A stretch of 64,000 bases of DNA from assembly GCA_002633005.1 (NCBI GenBank), contig NMRA01000248.1:430879-494878 (forward strand). Direction: 5' to 3'. Shown here one piece after another: positions 40,301 through 50,412 of the stretch. Position numbers and translations under genes: made by a program. The stretch comes from Phoronis australis. Taxonomy: Eukaryota; Animalia; Phoronida. The first letter of the stretch is position 1, and each line of letters opens with the position of its first letter. Under the pieces are notes generated by a model. The model was not told the DNA's origin. It worked only from the letters and a program-made list of their open reading frames with translations, and did no database searches.

Positions 40301-43300
40301 ACATGATAAGATAAAAACAATATATGTATCATATTTGGTGCACTTTCTTAAAAGTCGGACACATTTGTCTTTTAGACAAGTTAAGTCTGTGTTGGAGAAA
40401 CATAGTTGTCAGACATGTTGTTGCGCCTCAGCCGTAAATGTTTTGTGAGGAGCGGTTATTCTCCACGTGCTTTGCATAGAATAAACTAAATGCATTTTCC
40501 TGATAGTCAGGCTGTGCCAAATTAACTAAATATACAAGTTTCGTAGTTGCTGGAGGGGGGGGGNGCGAGTAACAAAGCATCACCAACTGGCCATGTGCAA
40601 ATCTAACGAAGTGCGGCCTACGGCTTACCAGTGTGATCGAGTTAACAGCAGTTAGGTAACTTTATCCTGTTCCAATATTGGGGATCTTTATCCCATCATT
40701 GGTGAAACACTCTTTTGAGCATATGATTCAGTGGCACCATATTGGGGTTCTTTATCCCATCATTGGTGAAGCACTCTTTTGAGCATATGATTGAGTGGCA
40801 CCATATTCTTCCAGGTCACACCGTTCCCCTTGTATTCATGACATCATGAGATACCAGGGGCAGCAATCCATGTACAGATGGATGGACTAAGTGATGAATA
40901 TACAATGTTCAGAGCTTATTAACACTGTTACATTACTTGAAGTTGTGACTGGGCTTTGCATTGTTTTCCCAAGTGGAAAGCTGTGTGTGGTTATACAAAT
41001 TAAGTGAGGCAAGAAATTCACGCCCAGCAACCTCGTGCAAAATAAGTGAGGGACAAAATATTACTTTTCAAAATAACTATAGATTTGCAAAATGAGATGA
41101 GTCTGCCAAGTAAATGAAGAATTGCTGTTTGATAAAATAAAATGCGTTCTTTATCAATGGTCAAAGAGATGAGACATTTTAGACTAAAAAAGCAAAATTG
41201 GTTTTGGTCTTTACTGCAACTCATTTTGAGGCATGCATTCACCAACAAAAGAAAATCTCAGATTTGCTGAACGATGAATGAAAAAACAAATCCTCCTTAA
41301 TTTTTGCATGTCTCAGGTGGATTTTCATTTTTATAACCCCACATAGTTGTATGTGGGTGCATTATGCTGTCATCTCTGTCCATTCGGCGTCTGTCCAGCA
41401 TCTGTCAAATGTCTTTGCAGCATCTGTTCAGGGTCTGTCCACTCTCCGTCCGGCGTCCACTGCTCTATCTCCAAAACCCCTTTATGTATGTTCAAGAAAT
41501 TTTGCAAACATGTTCCTTTCATCAATGAAACTGCATGACTGAATTTCAGACGGATCTGACCATTGGCGTGACCCCTAGTGGCAATTTTAGTATTTTACGT
41601 TTGCCTTTGTGTCTTAGGTGTTCCTAAATGGATTTTCATGAAATGTGGCAAATAGTTATCTATTAGGAAGATGTCGCCACCTTCATATTTTCAAATAGAT
41701 TCCATTTATTTGGCGCCGATTAGTTACCGTTTTTATTAATTTCGGATTTTTGATGTCCACCTATCCGTTGGCAAACCACTCTTAAGACGATTATGATAAT
41801 TGACATTTATCTACGGTACTTACTGGGAAGAGGACATGTGACAATGAGTTTTGGACAGCGCCAACTATTGTGGCGTCTCCTAGTGGCAGTTTTGTTTTCG
41901 TTGCGTCCATGGCTGTATATCTTTAACATCTGTAGGATTCTTAAATTTGGCAAGCGTATTTGTGTGGGAATGACAATAGATGGCGACGACATTTGGACGG
42001 ATCCGACGACCGCTGTGTCCTCTTGTGGCAATTTGATTTTTCTCTCTTTTCCTCTGTATCTTTGGAGTTTCTTTGTAGATTTTGTGTGGAATTTGGCAAG
42101 TTTTCATTCTCAGATGGATTTGATGTCGTAGTGTAGGCCTCCTAGTGGCTGTTTTTTATAATTATGTTTTAGTCTGATTTTTGCATCCATCTCTCTACCG
42201 GCTAAAGCAGTCCAAGAATTGTTATGAAAATTAGTGTTCCTAGTGGGGAGAGCATTGTTGACAATTTTGGGCAATTTGACAACTGTGGTGCCCCCTAGTG
42301 ACAGTTTGCTTTCGTCGCATCCGCGGCTGTTTCCCCCTGCTGGATCTTTGTGAAATTTGGCAAGTGTATTTCTATGAATGTCTCAACAAATGATGACGTT
42401 TGGATGCATCTGACTACCACTTTGCCCCAAGTGCTTGTTTTAATTTTTATGGGCTTGGCAAATGTGTTGCTATTAGGGAGAGCATTGCTGACTTACATGC
42501 ACCTCCGAGAGGCTTTTTTAAGTTTACTAGCATTGCTCCTGAGCCTGTCTTAAGTGCAAAACTGTCGATCTCAACTGAAAACATTCTTTTTGAGTTTTAG
42601 TTATTCGTAGGCCTTTTTAATTCATGACTAGTTACATTGCTCATCAGGTAAAGCTTCCCAAAGCTTGGAGTGGCATTAATTAACTGTGTTGTCACACTTT
42701 TCAACAGGCTGTCAGACATGGGCAATCACGTGGGTGTACGTATTCTGGACTTACTGTTCATACGCGAGAAGAACATGAAGAGAGAGACCAAACTACTGAA
42801 CATGCTCATATTTATCAAGTCTAACCTGTGGAGGGTAAGGAGAACTGTAGGGGTGAGCCCACCTATGGAGGGTAACGACAGCTGTAGGGGTGGGTCTACC
42901 TGTGGAGAGTAAGGAAGCTGTACTATAAGGGTGGGCTGACCTGCTCTTGGTAAACACTTGTTGATGTAGCTCTATGTTCAGGACCAGGTTATAATTAACT
43001 ACAGTAATTCCTACTTATTTTGCAGAAACATAAAAATTCAATTTTTCTATTTATTCGAAGGCCATGGAAATGTTGTGCAGCATGTAAATGTTTAGATGTG
43101 GTTGTTTAAAAAAAGACAAAGTACAACTGAACTTTTAATGTTTAAATATGAGAATGGTGAAAATTCAGCTGTGAGTCAAACGCCAGTGTTAAAATGTAGT
43201 ATTTTTACCAATCTTCTCTGGTATGCTAGCTCATACTTGAAAATATACTCCATGAAATTCCTTGTGTATATTTCAGACACTGTTTGGGAAAGAGGCAGAC

Positions 43301-46300
43301 AAACTGGAACATGCTAATGATGACGAAAAGATTTGTATCCTTTCTTGCATTTTCACAGGTTTTGCTCTCTTGTCTGTAGTTTCTAGTGTTCACCAGGTAC
43401 CTAGCTGTGTTCATACTGGTAGCTGCCCGAGTGCAACTTACCTGGGGACAACTTGTCTTTATTGGCTGAAGATGAATCCTGGTAGGTGACGATGAACTTT
43501 ATTCAAAAGCATAAATACCGTATTCGCCGTAATAACCGCCCAGGGCGCTTAGAAAAGTTCGGTTCAGGGGGGCGCTTATAGGGGCATGGGCGGTTATTAT
43601 GGCGAGTACGGTATAGATTTTATACATTCACTAAAAGGAAAAAAATGTCAAAAAATGTCAATTAATAATTTCTTTATTTATGTGTTGTGTGGTTGTGCTG
43701 AACATTCTTATGTGTTCTCTTAATGGAGTGTCAGATTACATTATAGAGAAGGAGACTCTGGTAAACAAGTTTATATCTGTACCCAAAGATAAAGGTATGT
43801 AGTTCTCTGTTGCTGTGGCGCCATCTTTTGAATAATTCTGTTGTCTCAGCTTCAAGAAGCAACTGTGATGTGTGTGTACTAAAATCCCTGGAAAACAGAA
43901 CATCTTCTAAGTATATTAGCTCAACGAATATACCAGCTATACAAGGGAATGTTTTGGTGATATGCCCAGAGTGCAAACTTAGAGAAATATCAGCAAACAG
44001 CAAAACCTTGTACAAATTAAAATTTCATGTACAAGCTTGTTACCTTTAGGGTACAACTGAAGTGTGTGCAGAGCCCTCTATGGTTTGGATCTGTAACTAA
44101 GAGCACACATTTATTCTGTAGGACTAGCTGCACTATTTATACGTAAGCTATAATGAAAGGCTGATACTAAAAGTAGATGTGTTAAATTGAACACAAGTGT
44201 AATTGAGTGTTGCTTGAATTTGAGTAGCTCTGAACTGGTGTTCCATCACGTAAACCAACTTTTGATTTGGATCACTTGGTGCTATAAATTTGATCTTGAA
44301 TTGTTCCTCAGTCAAATTGAAGGTGATGTCAGGACTTTCAAAGAGCTGACAGTTTGTTATTAATTGAGGCTTAGTTGTACGAGTTGTCACTAGGTGTCGT
44401 TTTATATGAGCTGAGCGCATTCTTGAGGAATAACAAACTGTCAGTTGCAAACTCAAAAGTAACTTCTCAAAAACAATTAGAATCCAATTTAGTAACAGTA
44501 AGTGGTTTAAGTATTAAAAAAGGTTCGCTTCTTGGATGAGGAACGCGGGTTAATTGCCAAAATGGTGCTTTTAATGTATTGTAGGAGCAAACGTACGTAT
44601 GTAACCATTCTAGATAAATTTTGGGGAAGTCTTTGATACTGTGAGATGGATCCCCCTGGCTTTATTGTCTGTTTGCTGTCTGACGGGAGTCTGATCTCCC
44701 ACAATCGGCTGTGGCACTCACAGTTTATGTTATTTCCAGGGACTTTAAATTGTGCTGCATTCGTGGCTGGTATAATTGAAGCCGTTCTGAATGGATGCAA
44801 TTTTGTAAGTAGTCTTATGTATTATTATTATTATTATTATGTTATGATGAAATATCATAATGTGGCTATAAACTGCGTTTCACTTTCGACACAAGAACTA
44901 CTTTTGATTTAAACCATTGACCGTGATGGAACTGGCCTAAGTTCCTTTAGCTGGTCAAAGGTCAAATTGAGATCTCTGGACTTGGGAGCAACTGGAAGTG
45001 AGTACTTGCTCGAGAGTACTCTCTAAACTTGCCTTGTCGTAGTCAATTTATGAACTCTCAAGGCCCAGAGTCCCTCTTTTTATGCGCCTACATATTTATA
45101 TGTGGTCGCATATTGCCATCGTCTCTGTCTGGGCGTCCGTCGTCCGGCGTCCGCAGCTGTATCTCCTAAACCCCTCACAAGATCGTGATGAGATTTGGCA
45201 GATGTGCTCCTATGAAGCTGACGACGGACGACTACAAATTTCGGACCTCTCCGAATACCGGTGTGCCACCTAGTGGCAATTTTAGTTTTTTACGCTTAAA
45301 TCTGTATCTTCGGAGGTCCTTGACGGATTTTCATAAAATTTGGCAGTTAGGCATCTATTGATGAGATGATGCCATCCTCCTGTTTTTCGAGGTACTTGGC
45401 GCTACTTAGTGGCCATTTTTACTGTTTTCGAGTCTGTTTTCTGGCGTCTCCTATTCTATCAACCAAACCGCTCTAGGGATCATGTTGAAAATTGGCATAT
45501 ATGTTCTTGCTGTGAAGAGTGCGACTGACGATGATTTTCCATAGACTTTGACAACTCTGGCGCCTCCTAGTGGCAGTTTTGTTTGTTTTTGTGCCCATGG
45601 CTGTATCTCCTAAACGCTCTACAGGAGCTTTATTGAATTTTGCTGGTGTATTTATATGGACATTGACAACAGAGGCTGACAACTTTTGGACGGATCGGGC
45701 TACTGGTGTGCCCCCTAGTGGCAATTTTAGTTTTTTATGTTTATCTTTGTACCTTGAAAGGTCATCAATGGATTTTCAGATAATTTGGCAGTTAGGCATC
45801 TATTAGTGAAATGACGCTGTCATCCGGTTTTCGGTAAGATTCAAGGCATTTTGCACCACCTTGTGGCCATTTTTACTATTTTCGAGTCTTGTTAGTTGGC
45901 GTCTGCCCCTCTGTCAACCAAACCACTTTAAGGATGGTTTTGGAAATTGGCATTTATGTTCCTAATGTGAAGAGGAAGTTTGACGATGATTTTCGGATGA
46001 CATCTCTTTTGACGCCTCTTAGTGGCAGTTATGTTTCTTTGCACTTATAACCTCTTAGCGGCAATTTCATTTTTTCGTTTTCCTGTTTTCTCAGAAGTTC
46101 CGTGACGGATTTTTATGAAATTTGGTAAATAACTTTGATGACACATACAAGTTCTTGGATGGATTCGAAATATTTTGCGCCATCTAGTTGCCATTTTTAT
46201 GTTCCAAGTAAACACCCATAGAAGCACACCGTTAGCGGTGCATTCGTGGGCGCATTTCAACGCTCAAATTTATAGCCGCAAGTGGTTTAAACCAAGTTAT

Positions 46301-47608
46301 TTCTGATGGGTGAAAAATTTATAACCACTCTGATTTAAATTTGAATAATTTTAAATGTTGCCGTTATAGTCTTATTTTTGTGTCAAAAAGTTGTTGATTT
46401 TTAAAAGCTGCTGTTAACACTGTGTTTTTGATTTAAACAACTCGCTGTTATGAAACAGGTAAGACATGATAGTATTTACCCAACGTGACTTCTATTATGG
46501 CAGCAAAACTACAACTGTAGAATGGCTTAGCCACCATACTAACTGTCAATAGGGCCGCACCGGATTAAACAGGGACACTCAAATCTCACTGTATTTACTC
46601 ACAGTGCTACAAGATCTGTCAAGTACTTGTGTAGCATCACAGTTTTCACACCATTGGAGTTCTACACGTTATTTGTTGTATTCTTTACATTTCTGTCTTG
46701 GCTGCATTACTCTATTTTACCTTCCGATGCCAACGAAGTATTAGTGCTGTGCTGTGGGTTGCAACTCCAATGGGAGAAAGTTGGACAAACTTGACAAATA
46801 TCCGTGGATGCGTGATGTTAAGTTCTTCATCTTTCCGTTATCATTCAAAAGCAAGAACATGCGGAGCGAGGATAAAAGAAAATGTTAAAGTTAATTTCGA
46901 GCTTAAAAGAATCTTATTGCTGAATATCCCTACAATTCTGTTACTTTTGAACGGTTGAAATCAGTAATATTTCCATGGCCGCACACCCCAATGGTTTCTG
47001 ATAGGACCTGTGAAAATGTGGCTGACACTCCAAAATGAGGCATGCGCTTCCGTACCTCTGGTACAAAGAAGAGTTCTATTACTGTGTAATTTGAGTCGTC
47101 CCTATGCCCCTTCATTCTTGATCAAGAAGGAAGATTACCCCGACAATGGATTCGGGTTCCCTACCTGTCATGATGGGGAATTGTGGGCAATTTTGTCTGA
47201 ATACTTTTGGCATGTACTGTATATGTTTCAAATATACTTTCTGCCCTCGGGGAAGAATTTTGAGTTCTCCTTTTATGTGACGTACGGACCAAGAGTTTGA
47301 AGGTATGATAAAACGAACAAAATGACTTAGAAACATAAAATATATGATGTGTTGGTTTATATCATACTATATAGTTATGATCAGACATCAAGTTGTGAAG
47401 ATGGGACCACTTCAGGGGTGTCACTGAATTTGTTTTATATTTAGGGTTGTTTGTTGTCAAGTGTTAACGAAAAGAGGAACGTTTTGAAAATGATGCCATT
47501 ACTTTACAGCCGGCCAAGGTGACTGCTCACTGGCACAAAGGAACAACATTTATGATCAAGTTTGAAGAATCTGTGATAGCCAGGGACAGACTTATAGAGG
47601 GAAGATAG
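37295..47608 (+). CDS. TRAPPC5: Trafficking protein particle complex subunit 5 (TRAPPC5/Trs31), complete 7-exon CDS, 558 nt / 185 aa
   Basis: join(37295-37354, 38892-38980, 42708-42834, 43277-43334, 43735-43794, 44740-44804, 47510-47608) gives MASKTKIGILDRPLSRGKIEVNVSTFAVLFSEIVQYCQDRVTSVNELQTRLSDMGNHVGVRILDLLFIREKNMKRETKLLNMLIFIKSNLWRTLFGKEADKLEHANDDEKIYYIIEKETLVNKFISVPKDKGTLNCAAFVAGIIEAVLNGCNFPAKVTAHWHKGTTFMIKFEESVIARDRLIEGR*. All introns are GT-AG with consistent phases. TRAPPC5 motifs present: LFSE.VQY, LFGKEADKLE, ISVPK, LNCA.F.AGI.EA.L, PAKVTAHWHKGTT. Confidence 0.97.
38892..38980 (+). CDS. TRAPPC5: TRAPPC5 coding exon 2 (VNVSTFAVLFSEIVQYCQDRVTSVNELQTR)
   Basis: Acceptor ...TTCACCCACAG; donor CAG|GTAATT; 89 nt. 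Confidence 0.95.
40675..40807. repeat. 64-bp tandem duplication in TRAPPC5 intron 2
   Basis: ATATTGGGG.TCTTTATCCCATCATTGGTGAA.CACTCTTTTGAGCATATGATT.AGTGGCACC occurs at 40675 and 40739. Confidence 0.9.
41329..42500 (+). mobile_element. Decayed Helentron-associated (HINE/DINE-1-like) element with ~150-bp internal tandem units
   Basis: It has a T-rich start, a short 5' inverted repeat, a (GTCC/CTGT)-like microsatellite and then repeated units each containing ..CC.CCTAGTGGC. It is homologous to 45077-46290. The 3' boundary is approximate. Confidence 0.6.
42708..42834 (+). CDS. TRAPPC5: TRAPPC5 coding exon 3
   Basis: Acceptor CTTTTCAACAG; encodes LSDMGNHVGVRILDLLFIREKNMKRETKLLNMLIFIKSNLWR; donor AGG|GTAAGG; 127 nt. 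Confidence 0.95.
42824..42943. repeat. 37-bp minisatellite (~3 copies) spanning the TRAPPC5 exon 3 donor
   Basis: The unit ACCT(G/A)TGGAG(G/A)GTAA..A..CTGTAGGGGTG.G... starts at 42824, 42861 and 42898. Confidence 0.85.
43277..43334 (+). CDS. TRAPPC5: TRAPPC5 coding exon 4 (TLFGKEADKLEHANDDEKI)
   Basis: Acceptor TATTTCAG; ends T|GTATCCTTT; 58 nt, phase 1. Confidence 0.93.
43335..43734 (+). other. U12-type (minor spliceosome) GT-AG intron, TRAPPC5 intron 4, 400 nt
   Basis: The 5' site GTATCCTTT matches the U12 consensus RTATCCTTT. A branch-like TTCTCTTAAT lies at 43715-43724, ~11 nt before the 3' AG, with no polypyrimidine tract (GGAGTGTCAG). Splicing restores the conserved Y-Y-I-I-E frame. 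Confidence 0.85.
43516..43613. mobile_element. 98-bp MITE with TA TSD (Tc1/mariner-pogo-like termini) inside the U12 intron
   Basis: The left end TACCGTATTCGCCGTAATAACCGCCCA compares with TACCGTACTCGCCATAATAACCGCCCA, the reverse complement of the right end (2 mismatches in 27). Confidence 0.85.
43735..43794 (+). CDS. TRAPPC5: TRAPPC5 coding exon 5 (YYIIEKETLVNKFISVPKDK)
   Basis: Acceptor TCAG|ATTAC; donor AAG|GTATGT; 60 nt, phase 1/1. Missing from the ORF track. Confidence 0.93.
44740..44804 (+). CDS. TRAPPC5: TRAPPC5 coding exon 6 (GTLNCAAFVAGIIEAVLNGCNF)
   Basis: Acceptor TATTTCCAG; donor TTT|GTAAGT; 65 nt. Confidence 0.95.
44820..44840. repeat. (TAT)7 microsatellite
   Basis: Read directly; it explains the poly-Tyr run in the ORF track. 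Confidence 0.9.
45077..46290 (+). mobile_element. Helentron-associated (HINE/DINE-1-like) non-autonomous element with internal tandem array
   Basis: It starts TTTTT-ATGCGCCTAC (45082-45091) with a nearby inverted GTGGTCGCAT, and has a distal subterminal inverted copy GTGGGCGCAT (46246-46255). A GTCC-like microsatellite is followed by seven ~136-165-bp units with a ~450-bp higher-order period and small 3' hairpins. Confidence 0.68.
47510..47608 (+). CDS. TRAPPC5: TRAPPC5 coding exon 7 (PAKVTAHWHKGTTFMIKFEESVIARDRLIEGR*)
   Basis: Acceptor ACTTTACAG; stop TAG at 47606-47608. Confidence 0.95.
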   Translation, partial: PAKVTAHWHKGTTFMIKFEESVIARDRLIEGR

Positions 47609-48440
47609 TTTCAGCTGAACTTATGTCTTGAACTGCATACGGTGTCCTGTGGTTAAGGGAAGATGAAAATACAAAGGTTCAAAAGTCATAGGTTGCCAGA
47701 GGTCAAAGCTTGCAGGGCAGTAATCTGGAAATTGGATCAAAGTATACAATAGACTTCTGTTTCCAGCTTGTCACAGTAAGGTGCTGTAAAACCTCCAGTT
47801 GAGTTATATGGTCTGCAGCGTGGTAACTAATCTCAGTTTGCCCCCAGCGTCCCCTTTAGGGAGGAGTTGACGTACTGTCACTTTTCGATGCCTTTGTTTT
47901 TCCTCCCCAACACCATTATGTGGTGATTAGTAACTTCAAACAAAGGAGAACGATGTGATTCAAGTCTACGGACGGTAGTGTCCAAGTTCAGTTCTAGTGA
48001 CACAGTGTTCATGAGGCGATTGTTACCTTTTCGGTATCTTGTATTATTTATTAGATTTCTATGAAATGAAATTGATGAAAATAATTCGTCAAACCCAATG
48101 AGTGATTTAGGGATGAAATTGGGAAAACATCAGGTGAGCTGTCTTCTCTCTTTTCTAATCTGATAAATATGGTCTGGGGCCCAGACGCGCCACTCTCGTT
48201 TCCAGTCCCTGCCCAGTTACATAGCAAGTAGTCAGGGAGTGGAGAAATCGGTGGTGGCTGGAGGAGGGGGTAGAGAGATAGAGAAATGTTTGGTCATTTC
48301 AAATTTTGTTTCTAGCGTTGAAATAACTTTCATTTTTTAGAAGGTGTTGAAAACATGTTTCCAAAACAAGTTCAAGAAAGGTAACATTGCTCATTAACTA
48401 AGGACATTGGGGTAAACTAAAATGTAAAATACATAATATT

Positions 48441-48446
48441 AATAAA
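48441..48446 (+). terminator. Candidate polyadenylation signal of TRAPPC5
   Basis: First AATAAA I noticed after the stop (~830 nt), followed by a GT-rich tract TTGTTTTTGTGTT at ~48472-48485. Confidence 0.5.
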
Positions 48447-49250
48447 TTTTTGAAATTCTATAATAACCCAAATTGTTTTTGTGTTCAAGTGCTAGCTTTC
48501 CTACGGTGCATAATAATTTAGCTGCTCACTCTTTACAAACAGCTCAACAGTGTATTTACATGCTATTTGATGTGTTGAAGGTGACAAAATGAAAAACGTA
48601 TTGATTCGTACTCATGCATTCCCAAACCACACAATGTGGTTGTCTTTTCTTGCATATTGAAAACCTTTTACTGTCTGGCATTTAATAGTTTGAACTTGGC
48701 CTACAGATAATCATATAGTGATGCCAATATAAAACAGAAAACCTGTTCTTTTTCTTCAACTTGGCAAGGAATATCTTAGGAACTAAAACTTATTTTTCGT
48801 GCGTGTTATTTTCTAGCTTTTCGTATTAGGAATGCTAGGAGGCAAACTTTAGTTATAATCTCAGCTAATGACATATAATTGGTAACGGCATATGATCGTG
48901 CAAGTGCCATGAGGGAAGAGTGAAGGTCTTCCTGAAGAAATAACGAGAAATCGTCCATGTCATCTCAACCCCGCCTTATATATATCCACGTGACAGCAAA
49001 TTATTCACAAATTCTGCCTACTTCCGCTTTTCGTTTGAAAATACATGGTTTCCCTCGGTATTCATTCTTCCCAATTTTGGGTCTATCCTTCATACGAGGG
49101 TTGGTGGCTCTGGTCCATGTTTCCTATTTGACCTGCGATAGAAAGGCGATGTCGCTATGGATCGCCACAGTTGGCTCGGCGAATTTCCAACGCCGTAGCC
49201 CATATGTGATACCTACAAATCCTGTGTGCGAAGATGGTGGCAAAATCTCA

Positions 49251-50412
49251 CATGTGGAGAATTTCTCACTTACACTGGTGACCTGACCCATCTGATTCCC
49301 TGAGCCCCAGCCAACTTTTACGATGCCTATTCAGCACACCCTTTGTATTGATGTAGATCTGAGCTAATGAAGTGGAAAGGTAATTGCTAGCATTACTGTC
49401 TCAATAATATTTGTTGTTAGTACCCCCAATTTGGTTTTCTCTGACATTTACAGAGTTATAGCCTGAAACCCTGGAGAGTAGTTTTAACTTGGTACATTAT
49501 AAATATTACAAAATGACTAAAAAGATTAACTTGTGTTGATCTTCACAAAGGGCCACTTCCCAAAGGAACGACAAGTTTCATATTAATTTTCTTTTTTAAT
49601 TTTTAATGCTTCTGCCCACTTACCCGAACGGGTTGATAACTTTTTATCTAAGGTTTGAACTTGAAGTACAAAAACTGGTAGATTTTGATCGCCAGCTAAA
49701 CTTAATTACGTAGTTAAGTTCATTCTGAGCCCATCCCTAAACTTACCACTTTACAGGAACACTAATTATTTCACGTGTCATTTAAGTTTAATCAGAACTC
49801 AAATCATAAAATATATACAAAAGTGCAAATATGGTGATAACCAAACTGAAGATTTGGAATCTCTGGACAATTTCGGTGGAACTGACTATATAACTAGTCT
49901 AGGTCTTTTTAAGTAATAAAAATGAAAAGTGGGCACAACAACTGTTTCCTGGTCAAAAATCTGGTAAAACGAGATTGAAAGAATATTAAAAAACGAATCC
50001 ATGTGATATTGTTAATTCTGATCAGCGTTTGTATATCCACCGCGCGGTAGTTTATCTTCAATCGTACCCAATGGTTGTAGTTTTTAGATTATTAGTTCAT
50101 GGATTTTTAAAAATCGAAAACCGTACTTGGTTGTTTTTTCCAGCTGAATACCGCCGTGGTGTTCGTTTATAACGAAAATTATTCATGGTTAATGCATAAT
50201 AAAAATTCGCCATTCTGTACAGTCAGAGATGTCTAATACATTTAATTGGGTCTTGCTCGCATCGGGCGATGCGGTCATCACAATTGCAACTAATTCTGGC
50301 GCCGCGCTCTCTTTGATCCCGGTACAAGCCGCTCAGAAGGACGAGCGATGAAAATTCCCGCACATTTTTAGAAATGCGTGACTTCCTAGTAAGCGCATTA
50401 TTCACGGTATAG
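49251..50412 (+). repeat. Duplicated block C' downstream of TRAPPC5
   Basis: Direct, diverged copy of 35827-37035. Confidence 0.9.
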
